A DNA stretch of 64,000 nucleotides from contig NC_068984.1 in the NCBI RefSeq assembly GCF_001194135.2, forward strand, positions 146,061,208 to 146,125,207, in the 5' to 3' direction. The DNA comes from Octopus bimaculoides. Lineage: Eukaryota. Below the pieces are notes generated by a model. It made no database searches and was not told the origin of the DNA. It saw only the letters and a list, made by a program, of their open reading frames with translations. Position numbers and translations under genes: made by a program. Below are positions 12,827 to 26,347 of the stretch, piece after piece (the first letter of the stretch is position 1; the number at the start of each line of letters is the position of its first letter).

Positions 12827-13307
12827 GTGTGTGGAAGGTGCAGGATATTACATAATAGACACTAGCCTGTATCTTCAGGGTTAGGTGAAGTCTATGAGTC
12901 AACCCCCAGCTGTCAAACCTACAAATGAAGTAGGGCCAACCCTCATTACCACTTCCCAGTTTTGCAACGTTGACTCTCTTGGTACAGCTCACCTCACATG
13001 CCCTGGCTTTGCTTCTCCTCTGAGCCAGGGAGACCTGGTTAAGAGAAGCTCCTTGGTAAGTGCAAAAGACTCTTCCAAAATGATATTAATGAGATCTTGT
13101 GGGGTCGTTTCGGTTTTTTCACATTGTCAGAGATTAGAGACAGATGCTATTAAATATCTGGCAATCCCTCAGAGTTGAGGATCAGGAAGGATCTTCTGGA
13201 TCAGGAGTTACTAGCATATCTGCACAGGTGACTAATAAATCTTGTAACAGTGAGGTTTGATTTTGACAGTTGGGTTCCTTGCAAACCTCTCTCTCTCTCT
13301 CTCTGTA

Positions 13308-13483
13308 TATTCTTTTACTTATTTCAGTCATTTGACTGCTGCCATGCTGGAGCACTGCCTTTAGTCAAACAAATCAACCCCAGGACTTATTCTTTGTAAG
13401 CCTAGCACTTATTTTATCGGTCTCTTTTTGCCGAACTGCTAGGTGATGGGGACATAAGCACACCAGCAGTGGTGAGGGACCAA

Positions 13484-13520
<37 letters not shown>

Positions 13521-13676
13521 CGACGGGGTTCTTTCAGTTTCCATCTCCCAAATCCACTCACAAGGCTTTGGTTGGCCCGACGCTATAGTAGAAGACACTT
13601 GCCTAAGGTGCCTCACAGTGGGACTGAACTCAGAGCCATGTGGCTGGTAAGCAAGCTACTTGCCACACAGCCACTC
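13308..13676 (-). mobile_element. SINE family A (tail A1), antisense
   Basis: Reverse complement of the 13810..14198 copy, including head, core, microsatellite and tail. Confidence 0.9.
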
Positions 13677-14700
13677 TATCTTCAACTAAATTGTTCAAAA
13701 TGGTCCACTGCTTGAGGCGTGAAGAAACTTCAGGTTGTCTTGTCATTTATGGAAGCTTCCCAGTTGCTGATGCTAATGTTGCAACTTTTTAATATATTAC
13801 CTTCAAGATAGGTGCAGGAGTGGCTGTGTGGTAAGTAGCTTGCTTACCAACCACACAGTTCCAGGTTCAGTCCCACTGCGTGGCACCTTGGGCAAGTGTC
13901 TTCTACTATAGCCTCGGGCCGACCAAAGCCTTGTGAGTGGATTTGGTAGACGGAAACTGAAAGAAGCCCATCATATATATATGTGTGTGTGTCTGTGTTT
14001 GTCCCTCCCCCTCAACATTGCTTGACAACTGATGCTGGTGTGTTTATGTCTCTGTAACTTAGCAGTTCAGCTAAAGAGACAGATAGAATAAGTACTGGGT
14101 TTACAAAGTATAAATCCTGGAGTTGATTTGCTTGATTAAAGGCAGTGCTCCAGCATGGCTGCAGTCAAAGTGACTGAAACAAGTAAAAGAATAAAAGAAA
14201 GATGTCATTGAAGTGCTTTATCACCTGACTTCCTCTTATCTAATTTCCCTTCCTTGGTTAACCATAGAGGATTCCCTTAGGAGTCAGTTGCCCTCCATTC
14301 AAAGCACATGCCCCGTTCCCCAAACATGGTTCTTGGTGATGGTTGCTTTCGATGTTGATGATTTTTGTCTCTTTGGGGATTGTTAATGTTGTTTCTGTAG
14401 TCTTCTCATGCGATCTTGAGGATGCTACGAAGGCTTTGCTGGTGGAAGGTAATCCAACTGGTTCAGATGTCAATGGTCGACTTACTTCATTCTGGAGAGA
14501 GAGAGAATGATAACTTCCTTTATACATGAATCACTTTGTAGCAGCCCAAATGGCATAGTTTTGATAAATCTCATGTTGGAAGCTGCCTCTGCTTTTGAAA
14601 TATTTTCCAGTAAATGCTTTTGTGGTGATTAAGAAATGAGCCTCTTTACAACTAACTCTGCAGTTCTCTCAGTTGTCAGGCTTCTGTTTCTTTTCACACT
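13677..14700 (-). mobile_element. Degenerate RTE (BovB-like) ORF2 C-terminal fragment interrupted by SINE A
   Basis: Frameshifted W.TGHVL*M / PKGILYG*...RG.Q...F.D / LKSCNISISNWE motifs. Confidence 0.7.
13810..14198 (+). mobile_element. SINE family A (tail A1), near full length, inserted in an RTE remnant
   Basis: ggtgcaggagtggctgtgtggtaagtagcttgc head; flanking aagat duplication (13805-13809 / 14199-14203). Confidence 0.92.
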
Positions 14701-14789
14701 TTTATGTTTAGTCAAAACAAAAGATCATAGCAAGGTACTATAATAACAGCAATAAATATTTTAAGCTCGTTTATCTCTACTCTAGACAA

Positions 14790-15180
14790 GGTGTTAACTT
14801 TGTGGTTCCGATGACATTCTTCACCATTTTGCCTTCACCAATTTTCCTGCCTTCCTTGCTTCCTCTACATTCTTTAAGCAGGTCTTCTTCAGTTTCTTCT
14901 GCATCCTTCCACATTGATTTCCATCACCCTCAGCACATGGCTCGGCCATCTCATCCCATTTCTCTTCACAACATCCATCTCTGGCACAATCCCCATCAGT
15001 CTCTGAAATCCATTGTTTGTACTCCTCTCAGCAATACTCACTCATTCACCACACCATTCTCGTTCCCATTCTTTCTATTATTCTCTTCTGCTCCACCATA
15101 TTCCATAAACCATATCTCTTCTCACATGTGTAGCACACGGAATCCCCTTCCACCCTTGTAGCACACACTTGCCCCACAAT
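14790..15180 (-). mobile_element. Degenerate RTE ORF2 C-terminal fragment
   Basis: MRWPSHVLRVMEINVEG resembles RLRWFGHV.R...VEG. Confidence 0.65.
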
Positions 15181-16373
15181 GTGACTTCTTAATGGTGCTA
15201 GATATTTCAGTAACCATTGCTGTCATGACCACATTGGATTCTGTGGAATTTGAACATTTGAAAACCTAATCAGAATAACGATTGTTTTTTCTCGTTTTTT
15301 TCTTTCTTTCTTTTCCTCTCTTTTTAACTTTAGTGGGGAAAACACCAGAATAAGCTATTCTCAGTTTGGAATAAGATGGCTGGGTTTGGCTGGCAATTTG
15401 CCACAGCTGACTGGACATTGAACCAGTTTTGGTGATAGTACTTGTTGGCAAGTGCATATACATGCATGCAGACACTTCTTTATGCTTCCCCTCCCTCTCT
15501 CTCGTTTTTCTGCTTGCTGCACCAGAATTTTGATTTGCTGTTCTCTTTTGTCAAAAATGTAGAGGAATCCATTGTGAGAAAATCTTTTCCTTTCCACCTT
15601 TCATCAATATTCCACCAACCCTCCTATATACATAGAACGAAGCAGAAAGATGAATGAAGTTTAGTAGTGAAGTAGTTTTGCGGTTGGGATTACGAGTTAG
15701 TTGTCAGGTCAAATAAAAAAACAAACCCTGTACATTGCCAAAATGTTGCAGGGACAAAGTATCTGATGTCAAATAAGACAGTGTTGATTTAGTGATGCAA
15801 GACCAAAATGACTTTGCCAAAACAATCTCATGCCCTTTACACATGAATATAAATTATTATTGTGCATCTACTTAAGGTCCAAAAGAATTTTTTGAAGCAC
15901 TTCAACCCGTTATAAAAAAAATTCTTTGTTAGCATGGAATGGTTCTCTCCATTCAATTCTTTATAAATCAAAAAATATTGTTAGATTTTTAAAATTTTCT
16001 ATATGGATTCCGTTTTTGATAACAATCCCTCAACTTTGAAATAGAAAATTATGGATCTTCTCTTTGATTTACCAAATACCTGTGTGTTTGTATTAAATTC
16101 ATAATGTACTTAATTGATCGTTACACTTATATCAGTCAGCACTTCGATTTTCATTGGATTTTTTTTTTTATAAGGGCCAATTAACAAGGAATATAAATAA
16201 ATTTTAAAACTCATCTTGTACTGTTGAGGATTATTATTATTATTATTGTTGTTGTTGTTGTTATTTTAAAGGCTATTTTGTTAATTGTGTGTGTCCCCCT
16301 TTTTTGAACGAAAGTTCTGATTAATCTTCCTGCAACACTTCTAACTCAAACTGCAATCTATTCTGCTTTGTAG

Positions 16374-16423
16374 GCTGAATGCTTCTGGCCACAGAAACAG
16401 TACCATGATCACTCGGTCAAAAG
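16374..16423 (+). CDS. ZMYND8: 50-nt exon carrying the probable start codon (accATG at 16405; MITRSK)
   Basis: ttctgctttgtag acceptor and AAG|gtacgt donor. Splicing to 22782 gives MITRSK-DSGS, like vertebrate ZMYND8 MDISTRSK-DPGS. Confidence 0.8.
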
Positions 16424-18987
16424 GTACGTAGATCACTGCTGGAAGCATGGCAGCACTCACAATGCTGCTACTACCATTCATTAGTCTCCTCCCCCTCCCC
16501 CCTTATAAACATTGTATACTTTTAACTCTTGGCATTGCTTGATATTGTTGATGTTTTATTTGGCTGGTTTTTTCCTCCCTCTTTTTTTTTCGTTTTCTTT
16601 TGTTTTTTGCTTTTTTTGCCTAAATGTAATTCAAAGTTTCTAAGCAAAATCCCTTGCATGAGTCTCGGCTTGCCTCCTCACTCACTAAAAAACATGATTA
16701 ATAGCCATTATTCATCAACTCATCAAATGTTTAAAGCCTTGTCGTTAATTATGTTGTAATGTTAATTACTTTACTCAAGAAACTAGTCATACTTCTTAGA
16801 ACACTATTTATTATTATTATTTATTATTATTAAAAGCAGTGAGCTGGCAGACTCATTAGCATGTTGGACAAAATACTTAGTGGCGTTGCTTGCAGCTCTT
16901 TGCTTTCTGAATTCAAATTCTGCCGAGGTTGACTTTGCCTTTCATCTTTTGGGGAGTCAATAAAATAAATACCAGCTGAGTATTAAGATTGATGTAAGGA
17001 TCTCTGCCCCTTTCCTATCCCAGTTTCACACCATGTGCCCAAGTAGAAATGGACGAAATGCTGCTCAGATTCTGTCCATCTTTACATTCTAAGTTCAAAT
17101 TCTGCCACGGTCAACTTTACCTTTCATCTTTCTGGGAGTCAATAAAATAAATACCAGTTGAGTATTAGGATCAGTGTAATTAACAATCTCCCTCCATGCA
17201 AATTTCGGGCCTTGTGCCAATAGTAGAAAAGATTGCTCATCATCATTTAGCATCCATTTTCCATGCTGGCATGGGTTGGACAGTTTGACTAGAAGTGGTA
17301 AGCTGGAGAGCTGCACCAAACCCCAGTTGGTTTTGGGTTGGTTTCTGCAGATGGATGCACTTCCTAATGCCAACCACTCCATAGAGTGTAGTAGATGCCT
17401 TTTACATACCACTGGCATCGGTCACGACTATGACTTAACTTAGCTTGATGTGTCTTCTCAAGCACAGCAAATCACCAGAAGTCTTGTTTGCTTGTCATCT
17501 CCTCCATGAGACGCAACCTCTGAAAATCCTACTTCACCACTTTGTCCCATGTCTTCTTGGGTCTACCTCTTCCACAGGTTCCCTCCACACAGATCAGGAC
17601 TTCTTTACGCAGTTGTCCTCGTTCATATGCATCACATGACCATACCAGTGCAGCCTTCTCTCTTGCAAACCGTATCTGATGCCTCTTCTGCCCATCTTTT
17701 CTCTCAAAACGCTTACACTCTGTCATGTATGCACACTCACATTGCACATCCAGCAGAGCATGCCAGCTTCATTTCTTCCAAACTTTTGCATGTCCTCTTC
17801 TCTCTCACAGCCCATGTTTCACTGCCATATAGCATGGCTGTTCATGCACAGGCATCGCACAATCTGCATTTCACTCTAAGGGAGAGGCCCTTTATTACCA
17901 ACAAAGGTAGTTCCTCTAAACTTTGCCCAACTTATTCTAGCAGCTTTGCTCTCAGAGCATCCACCTCCATTGTTGATTTGGTCACCTAGGTAACAGAAAG
18001 CTCTCTGCTACTTCTAAGCATCCCTGCTGGACATTTGATGAAATCTGTTTCCTATACATCCCTAGTGTTTGTTCTTCTTACACACCGGCCACACACAGTG
18101 ACCACTGTTTTCTCTGTTAACTTTCCTCTCATATTACTGCACTTCTTATGTGTCCATAGCTTGCACTGGGTGCACCTTATGGAGTTTCTACCTACACATT
18201 TTCTATATATCGAACAGGGTCATTTCTCTAAAAGGATTTGTGATTTGTCTGTTTTCCTACTTACTCAGACTTTGGTCTTAGGTAGATTAACTCTAAGGCC
18301 CTTTGATTCCAGACCTTGCTTCCACACCGGAGATTTCTTCTCTAGTTCCAGTAGTGATTCAGCTAGAAGAACAAGGTCATCAGTATGAAGGCGCTCCCAA
18401 GGGCAGCCTGTCTTAAATTCCTCTGTTTATAGCCTGGAGGACTATGATGAACAAAAGGGGTCTGAGAACCAATTTTTGGTGAACTCCTGCCTGTACACTT
18501 AATTCCTTGCTATAGTCATTGCCAACTTTCACCTTACTGACAGCATCACTGTACATGGCTTGTACAGCTCTCACGAACCACTTGTCTATCCCTAGTTTCT
18601 GCATTGACCACCAGATAAGGGAACAGGGGACGCTGTCAAAAGCTTTCTCCAAACCCTGTGGTTGAGAAGCAAGCTTTTTACCACACAGCCACGCCTGCGC
18701 TTGTACGGTGGTTGGGGTGTTGCACTCACGATGTAGACCAGGTGATGTGTTGCGTTCTTGAGCAAGACACTTCATCTCACATTGCTCTGCAATCACTTCA
18801 ACATCTGACACATGATACACCATAAGCATCTTTTCATGGCAACATCAATTTGATGGAATGAGGTGAGCTAAAGTGTGGCACAATCTATTTGATCTCTTAC
18901 AAACAAAATCATTTCTGTGCAGGATGTGTTCGGCAAAAGCTGAATACACATACGTCATCTTCGATGGGAGAGTCCCTCATCATCAGC

Positions 18988-19029
<42 letters not shown>

Positions 19030-22000
19030 CATCATCATTTAACTGCCCTGTCAAAGCCTTTTGAGGGTTGATGAAAGAAGTGCCAGTGAAGTACTGGGGT
19101 TGATGTAACCCTTTAGCATTTAAACCAGCCATATCTGGCCGAAATAATATACCTGTTTCCATCTTCAAACTGGCCAGAGCCAGCCTCTTGCACTTGTCTG
19201 ACAATATTATTCTAAAAATAAACAATCACGTCATTGCTAAGCTACAAAGTAATACATTACTGATTCATATCAATGTGAATAAATAAGGATTACATTTGAC
19301 AGAGAAACCTGAACGCTAAAGCACTCATCGACTTACCTCAGCTCCACCCTATCTAAATTATTAGTTCTGTGCTAAAATTTGAAGCCTTAAGGAGGTGAGC
19401 TGGCAGAAACATTAACACCTCAGGCTGCGATGTGTTAACACATGAAAAGCGTCGAGCTGGCAGAAACGTTAGCATGCCGGGCGAAATGCTTAGCGGTATT
19501 TCGTCTGTCTTTATAGGGTTGGTTTTCTCTGTGGACACAACTGGAATATCCTATTTGATATTTATTGACCATAGGTGGTGACCACAGGTTTATCCAATCC
19601 TACCTGGTGCATATCTATTCAAGTACCCAATTCTATCTGAATCCTTATTATTATTATAATGTGTGTGTGTAACAGGCTTGTTTCAGTTTCCACCTACCAA
19701 ATCCACCCTCGGGGCTTCTGTTGTATTGCGTGGGTAGAGTAGAAGACACTGGCCCAAGACACCATATGTGATCACAGCCATGTGTGTACCTACTGAGTTT
19801 GGGAGACATGGTGAACAAATATCTCCCTCTTTATGAGTGGATAATAAATGATTAATTTGTAAAATGGTTAATTTGGAAACTCATTCTATTTTGATGTATG
19901 ACATTAGTAACCCAATTTCTACATGGGCAGAAAGCAACTCTATTGATCATTCTAACCCATGGCAACATCATTGAAAAGTTGATTTTTGTTCATTCTAATT
20001 GAAGCTGAATCTTTTTACACAACTGACCTAAAATAACTTGGAAAGTTTTAGTAAGCCTGGCTTCATTGACCCAATGCTGGTTGTTTCACTTAAAAGTTCA
20101 TTGGCTCATCGTTTGTTTTTCTATTTAAGCATTGTTGTAAGCAAGTGTCATGGTGTAGAGAGAGACAGAGAGACACAGATATCTCAAAATATGACTAAGA
20201 GACCAGTTCTCTCTCACAGAATCTAAACCCAGCATGCAGACAGACAAAACATTTATCTGTGATGCAGTTACTTCACATCACATCTCTTCAGATACATTTG
20301 TTGGATACAGTCATATAGCTCTGTTGAAAAGACATCAAGTATTGATTCTTTAAACCTTCTCTTACCATATTTCAGTTAAAATATACTGACTTTGTTTCAG
20401 TTGAATTTTTAAATAATAAAGAATTTCATAAAATGACGTAAACTGGTGTTCCAGGTGGCAAAGCTAGCAGAATCGTTAGTACACCTGGCAAAATGCTTAG
20501 CAGCGTTTCCACCAACTTTATATTCTGAGTTCAAATTCTGTTGAGGTCAGCTTTGTCTTTCATCCTTTTGGGAGTCGATAAAATAAATACCAGTTGAATA
20601 CTAGGGTTGATGTAATCAACGAATCCCATCTCCCAACATTTCAGGCCTTGTGCATAGATTAGAAAGGATTATTAAACTGGTGTTTGGAACATAAATTGAA
20701 GTGGTGTAAGGTTTTAATTTAGACCAGCTTAAAACCAGAAGTTTATGTCATAGAACGAAAGGTGGTCTTGGGCAGGTTAAGTGTGTCAGCCCTGTCAACC
20801 CTGTCAACAGAGCTTTGACTCTTTTGTCGGCTGTATGAAGTCTCGGAAATATGTCTTCCTCGGCCATATTGTTTTTCATCATCAACTCGTGTCAATATTT
20901 ATTTAAAAAGACTGGCTTTGTTAACCTCAAATACCATTCGCTTAAATTGTGATTCAAGGCCGCAAACCTATAAAAGCGAAGAATGAGATGACGTCACAGT
21001 GATGCCTTTCTCAAACATGTTAAGAGGTGCGAATGTTCTTTACTTGTTTCAGTCATTTGGCAGCGACCATGCTGGAGCACTTCCTTGAAGGGTTTAACAA
21101 GAAAATCAATCCCAGTACTTGTTTTAGTTTTTAGCCTGATACTTATTGTGTTAGCCCCTTTTGCCGAACCACTAAGTCATGAAGATGTGAAGAAACGAAC
21201 ACTGGTTGTTAAGCAGTAGTTGTTGGGATGGACACACACATGCATGACAGGCTTCTACACAGTTTCTATCTACCAAATACACTCCAAAGGCATTGATCAG
21301 CCCAGGGCTATAGTAGTAGAAAACAGAATTTGAACTCAGAACAATAAGATTTATTGTAAATACAGCAAACTATTTTATTCCAGCATTCTCTAACTATTCT
21401 GCCAATCCACAACCAATATTTCCTCCTGATAAGTAAATATTAACTGATTCAATTCTTTATCCAAGCTCTTTGCTTCATTGATTAATTATTGTATATTAAA
21501 CAGTTCATCGTGGATATGGGGCTCGTCAGTGATACCTTTGCTATAAAATACCCCCACTGATAGGGAATTGTCAACAGAGTTTAACATCATTTCTTTAACT
21601 CTGTGTGTGTGTGTGTGTGTCTCTCTCTCTCTCTGCCTCTTTAATTTTCTTTGTGTGTGTGTACTTAGTCATTTAGTTATTTCTCTGTTTATGAGGTTTG
21701 TAAAACAAAAGTCATTTACTGAATTTTGTGTGTGTGTGTGTGTGTGTGCATAGACGTTGTCACTCATTCACGTCTGTAGTTTCCTTTTTCCTTCTATTTT
21801 TTTCCTTCTCCTCTCATGTACCATGTCACATGATGTCCGAGTCTGACATGCAATGAACTTTTACATTAAAAAGAAACATGTTGAAATAACCAACCTTATC
21901 TTTCAACTACCCTGGTAACTTCATCATTGTCATCTTAGCCTTCCATATGGTATGGCATGGACAGATTATCAGAGTTTGGGTCAGTCCTTGATCAGAGTTT

Positions 22001-22524
22001 TTGCCCTCTTTGTTGGGTTGCAGGACTCTGTGTCACTTGTACATCATACTTTTAGTGTCATCTTCTACACTTATGATCCTTTCCTGTCATAGACCACTTC
22101 ACAGAGGGTACTGAATGCATTTTCTTGCAGCACCAATGCTGGTGAAATCATTTTCTACCCAGTAGGACTAAGGAGTCCTTTTCCTTAATTTCCTCTTTTT
22201 GTTCAGGACAATATGATTAGTAGAGTGATTAAAAAATAGTGATTGCAGATGATGAACGAAAATAATTTGTTTTTACATCCATTTTTCCATGCTGGCATGG
22301 ATTAGACAAATACATTATTAAATCATATTTGTACAGTAGGATGTTCTTCCTGCTGCTAATCCTCACTTGTAATTTACTTAGAAATATTAGCATTAAAGGG
22401 TTACAAAGTTTCCTTCTATTCATCTGGATCCAATTGCAATAAACTTCCATTGTAACCCATTCTTCATTCTTTACTTCTATGACCATACAAAAATAATTGC
22501 CTCACTTATATGAACGCATGCACA

Positions 22525-22565
<41 letters not shown>

Positions 22566-23991
22566 CATGCATGTGTTGCAAAGCACAACATGTGACCAAA
22601 GTTTGGGCTGAGTAATAGGTCATACACTCCACTCCTAAATCCAGTGCAGTATGGCATGGGACATCAGTGTAAGGGATAGGTTACATAAAACACCATTTAT
22701 GTTTTTCTGTATTTTTATTAATGCTACACACACACTCATTGTGTAATTTTAATTTCTTTATTCATTATTTCTTTGCTACAGATTCAGGAAGTGATTCCAG
22801 TGCCAAGATGTCTGGCAGTGCGGCTACGACGCCAGTTACAGCTGGTGCAAGTACCATCCGCACTCGGGCCTCAACTGGCAGCATCTCAGGATTGCCATTT
22901 GGTAAGACGGAAATCAAATCAGAAAGATGTTCAAGTCCTTCCAGTGACACTTGCTCTTCCAGATCTGGTAAGTGTTTGCAGGGGGCATGGGGGGGGGGAT
23001 TTTGTATGGTGACACACATGGGTTTGTGTGATAAGTGTAGGAGGTCATTTACATGCAGTGGGGGGGGGGAGCAGTGTTGCTTGGTTTATGTTCCTTTTGA
23101 TTGACCTCTATTGTCATAGGTTGATAGTATTGCAGAGACAGTTACTCAACCATTTCTGCTGTGATAAGGCTGTTTCTAGAAGCGAGTTCCTTGCCCCAAA
23201 TACACTTACCATGTCTCTGATCATAGATAACACACCACAAAGGAAAAATAAGACAATAGGTTCACGTCATCCATAGAGTTGCAGGGGATGCCAAATATTG
23301 GTTAATCTGCTTTAACATCCTAGCAGCTGGGTTTTAAAATGTTAATTGTGGAAATGTAAGATCAGATAAAGTGTTTAAAGAGCAGAGATTAATCATCAAT
23401 ATACTTTAGTGAGTTAAATTATGCAGCTGTATATATCTTACCATTTATGAATGTAATTTGGAAAATATATGTTGGGGGCTCTTGAATGTTGGAAAAATGA
23501 TACATGTGGTTCTTTGTGTTTGACGGTTTGGCCACCTCTTATATATAATGTGTGTATAAGTGCAGATGCTGGTGGCATGCAAAAAGCACCCATCCAGATG
23601 CCAAGTAAAAAGCACCCAGTACATTCTGTAAAGTGGTCAACACTAGGAAGGGCATCCAGCTGTAGCAACCATGCCAAAACCCACGACTGGGACCTGGTGT
23701 GGCTCTCCAGCCTGGCCAGCTTGGAAAATGGGTGTCAAATGATGAGGAATATATCATCATTTGACACCTACTTTTCCATCCTTGTAGAGGGAATTTGTTG
23801 AGGTGGATTTTTGATGCCTGGGTACCCTTCCTGTCACTGACCCTCACTTGTTTCCATGCAAGGCAATATTTCCCCATGGTCAGACATCTTTTTCTCTGGA
23901 AGATTACAAAAGAACAACACTGCTTGTGTGACAGTGATGCTCATTTACAACCTCATGTTATGTCTAGACAAGAGTACACACACACACACAT

Positions 23992-24031
<40 letters not shown>

Positions 24032-24913
24032 NNNNNNNNNNNNNNNNNNNNNNNNNNNNNNNNNNNNNNNNNNNNNNNNNNNNNNNNNNNNNNNNNNNNN
24101 NNNNNNNNNNNNNNNNNNNNNNNNNNNNNNNNNNNNNNNNNATATATATATATATATATATAGTTAAAAAAACACAAAAAACAATAACAAAAAAGTGAGG
24201 ACGTGATACGGATAGTGTTATTGGACGCTTGGGAAAGGAAAGAGAGAGAGTATGACGTTTCGGGCGGAGCCCTTCCTCGGAAAGACGGAAAGTTCAAAGA
24301 ATGGAAAAACGGAGGAAGAGAAAAATGGCACCGATGCCCACGAGGTTACATTGTGGAAGGACTGGAAGAGGAGGTGGTGGGGGGAAAAGTTCTTTCTAAG
24401 ACAGGAGAGTGAAAAAGGGAGGTGAATATCTGTGCGTGCGCAAGAGTCTGCAAGGGTGTGTGTAATAACAGAACGTTCGTGTGCGTGTGTGTGTGTGTGT
24501 GAGAGACATAGTGGAAGGAATTAGTAGCAGGAATAGTTAGTGGATGCTTATGGTCAGTGGGAGGTCAGCAGGCAGTTTTTGAGTATGTGTGTGTTTGTGT
24601 GGGGTTGTAGGTGTTGGGTACGTGTGCATGTGTGTGTGTATTTTGTACGTGCGCGTGTGTGTATGTGTATGTTTTTGTGCGTGCATGTGTGTTTGTGTGT
24701 ATATGTGCGTTGCTGTGTACGTGTGTGTGCATGCGTTTGCTTCTGTATGTGCGTGTGCTGTTTATGCCCATGTGTGTGTGATTGTATGCGTGTCTGTGTG
24801 AGTGTGTTGTGTTGGTGAGAGGTGTGTGTGTGTTGTGTTGGTGAGAGGTGTGTGTGTGTGGATGTGCGATATATATATANNNNNNNNNNNNNNNNNNNNN
24901 NNNNNNNNNNNNN

Positions 24914-24946
<33 letters not shown>

Positions 24947-26313
24947 ATCAAATTAATACACTTGTCTTCATCTTTTGTTTTTCTGTAAATTTCAACTAAT
25001 ATATATATATATATATATATATATGCATACATACAATGTGTTTTTTTCTAGTTTCCATTTACCAAATCCACTCACAAAGCTTCAGAAAACACTTGCCTAA
25101 GGTACCTCATAGTGGGACTGAACTTGAGACCACTTGATTGGGAAGTAAGCTTTTTAACACACAACATACCACCTGCACCATATATATATATATATACATA
25201 CATACAGTGGATTGAAGAAGATTCCACTGCAATTTCTAGCAGGTCAAGTACATCAGATCAAAGCTCTATTTGCACAGATTTGACATTAGGCTTAACAACA
25301 ACAACAAAAAGTTGTTCACCTCAACATCAAAGAAACAACAGACTTTTGTTTCTGTCTTTATCTTGTCCTCTTTCTTGACTCCTTCCCTCCCTCCCTCCTC
25401 TCTCTGCGTTTCTGTGTGCTAGTTAGTATGTGTGTGTGTGTGTATTTGCATATGCATATCGATCTCCTTGTTTGCATATGCATATCGATGTTTGTGTGTG
25501 TGTATTTTTTATCCTTCTTTCGGTATAGCTTCATTTCTCTTCGTTTCCCGTGCATGTGTGTGCCTTCAGCCACATTTCGTTACAGGTATGTGTCACCAGG
25601 TTCTCTATTCTCTTTATCCTTCTGCTTTTTCCTTTCTCTGTTTTGTTTCTTAAAAACTTTTTATCTCATTCTAAGAATTGTGTAGAGCCTCCTTTGTGTT
25701 TATCTCCCCTTATCTCTCTGTCCCTTTCACTGTGTGTGTATGGTGGGGGTGGGGTGCATGTATTGTTTGTTTTTTGAAGGTGGTTGACCAGAAGGGAAGG
25801 TTGTGTTGGAAATAGAGACAGACAGACAAAGACTGAGAGAAACAGACACTAACAGGTACCTACAGGAAGTAGGGGTTGCTAGCTAGAAAGAGATATAAAA
25901 GCAAAAAAGATAGAGAAGTATAATGAAAGAGAGGACAATGGAGAGATTGGGGGGGGGGGAGCCATAAAAAAGGCAGTCATATTTAGACTGGTAGAAGTAG
26001 GGTTGCTAGCTAGGAAGTGATATGAAGATATATAGTGTTAGAGAGATACAAAGAAATAATGGATTAGTAACAGCCATTTTAACTCTCTTTATTTAATGTA
26101 CAAAATGCATTGGAGGGAAACGAGCACAAAGGGTACAAAAGGGTGACTCTGTGCGTGTGTGTGTGTGTGTGTTATATATACAGTAATATTGAACAGTGAG
26201 AATGATTTTGCAACACCACATTGGTGAATAAATATTCTTTATTTGTGGGTTTTAAGAAGTCTACCAATCGTTTCATGTGAACCATTTGTAGCTTAGTTAA
26301 CCTGCAAATAAAG

Positions 26314-26347
<34 letters not shown>

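Noticed and set aside
12885-13178. ORF with apparent ttag acceptor and TTG|gtaagt donor (12885-13055)
   Set aside because: The opposite strand shows RTE-like GHV.R remnants, the pyrimidine tract is weak, and the phase does not connect to exon 16374
14258-14527. 89-aa minus-strand ORF as a nested antisense gene
   Set aside because: Explained as a frameshifted RTE ORF2 remnant (PKGILYG, GHVL)
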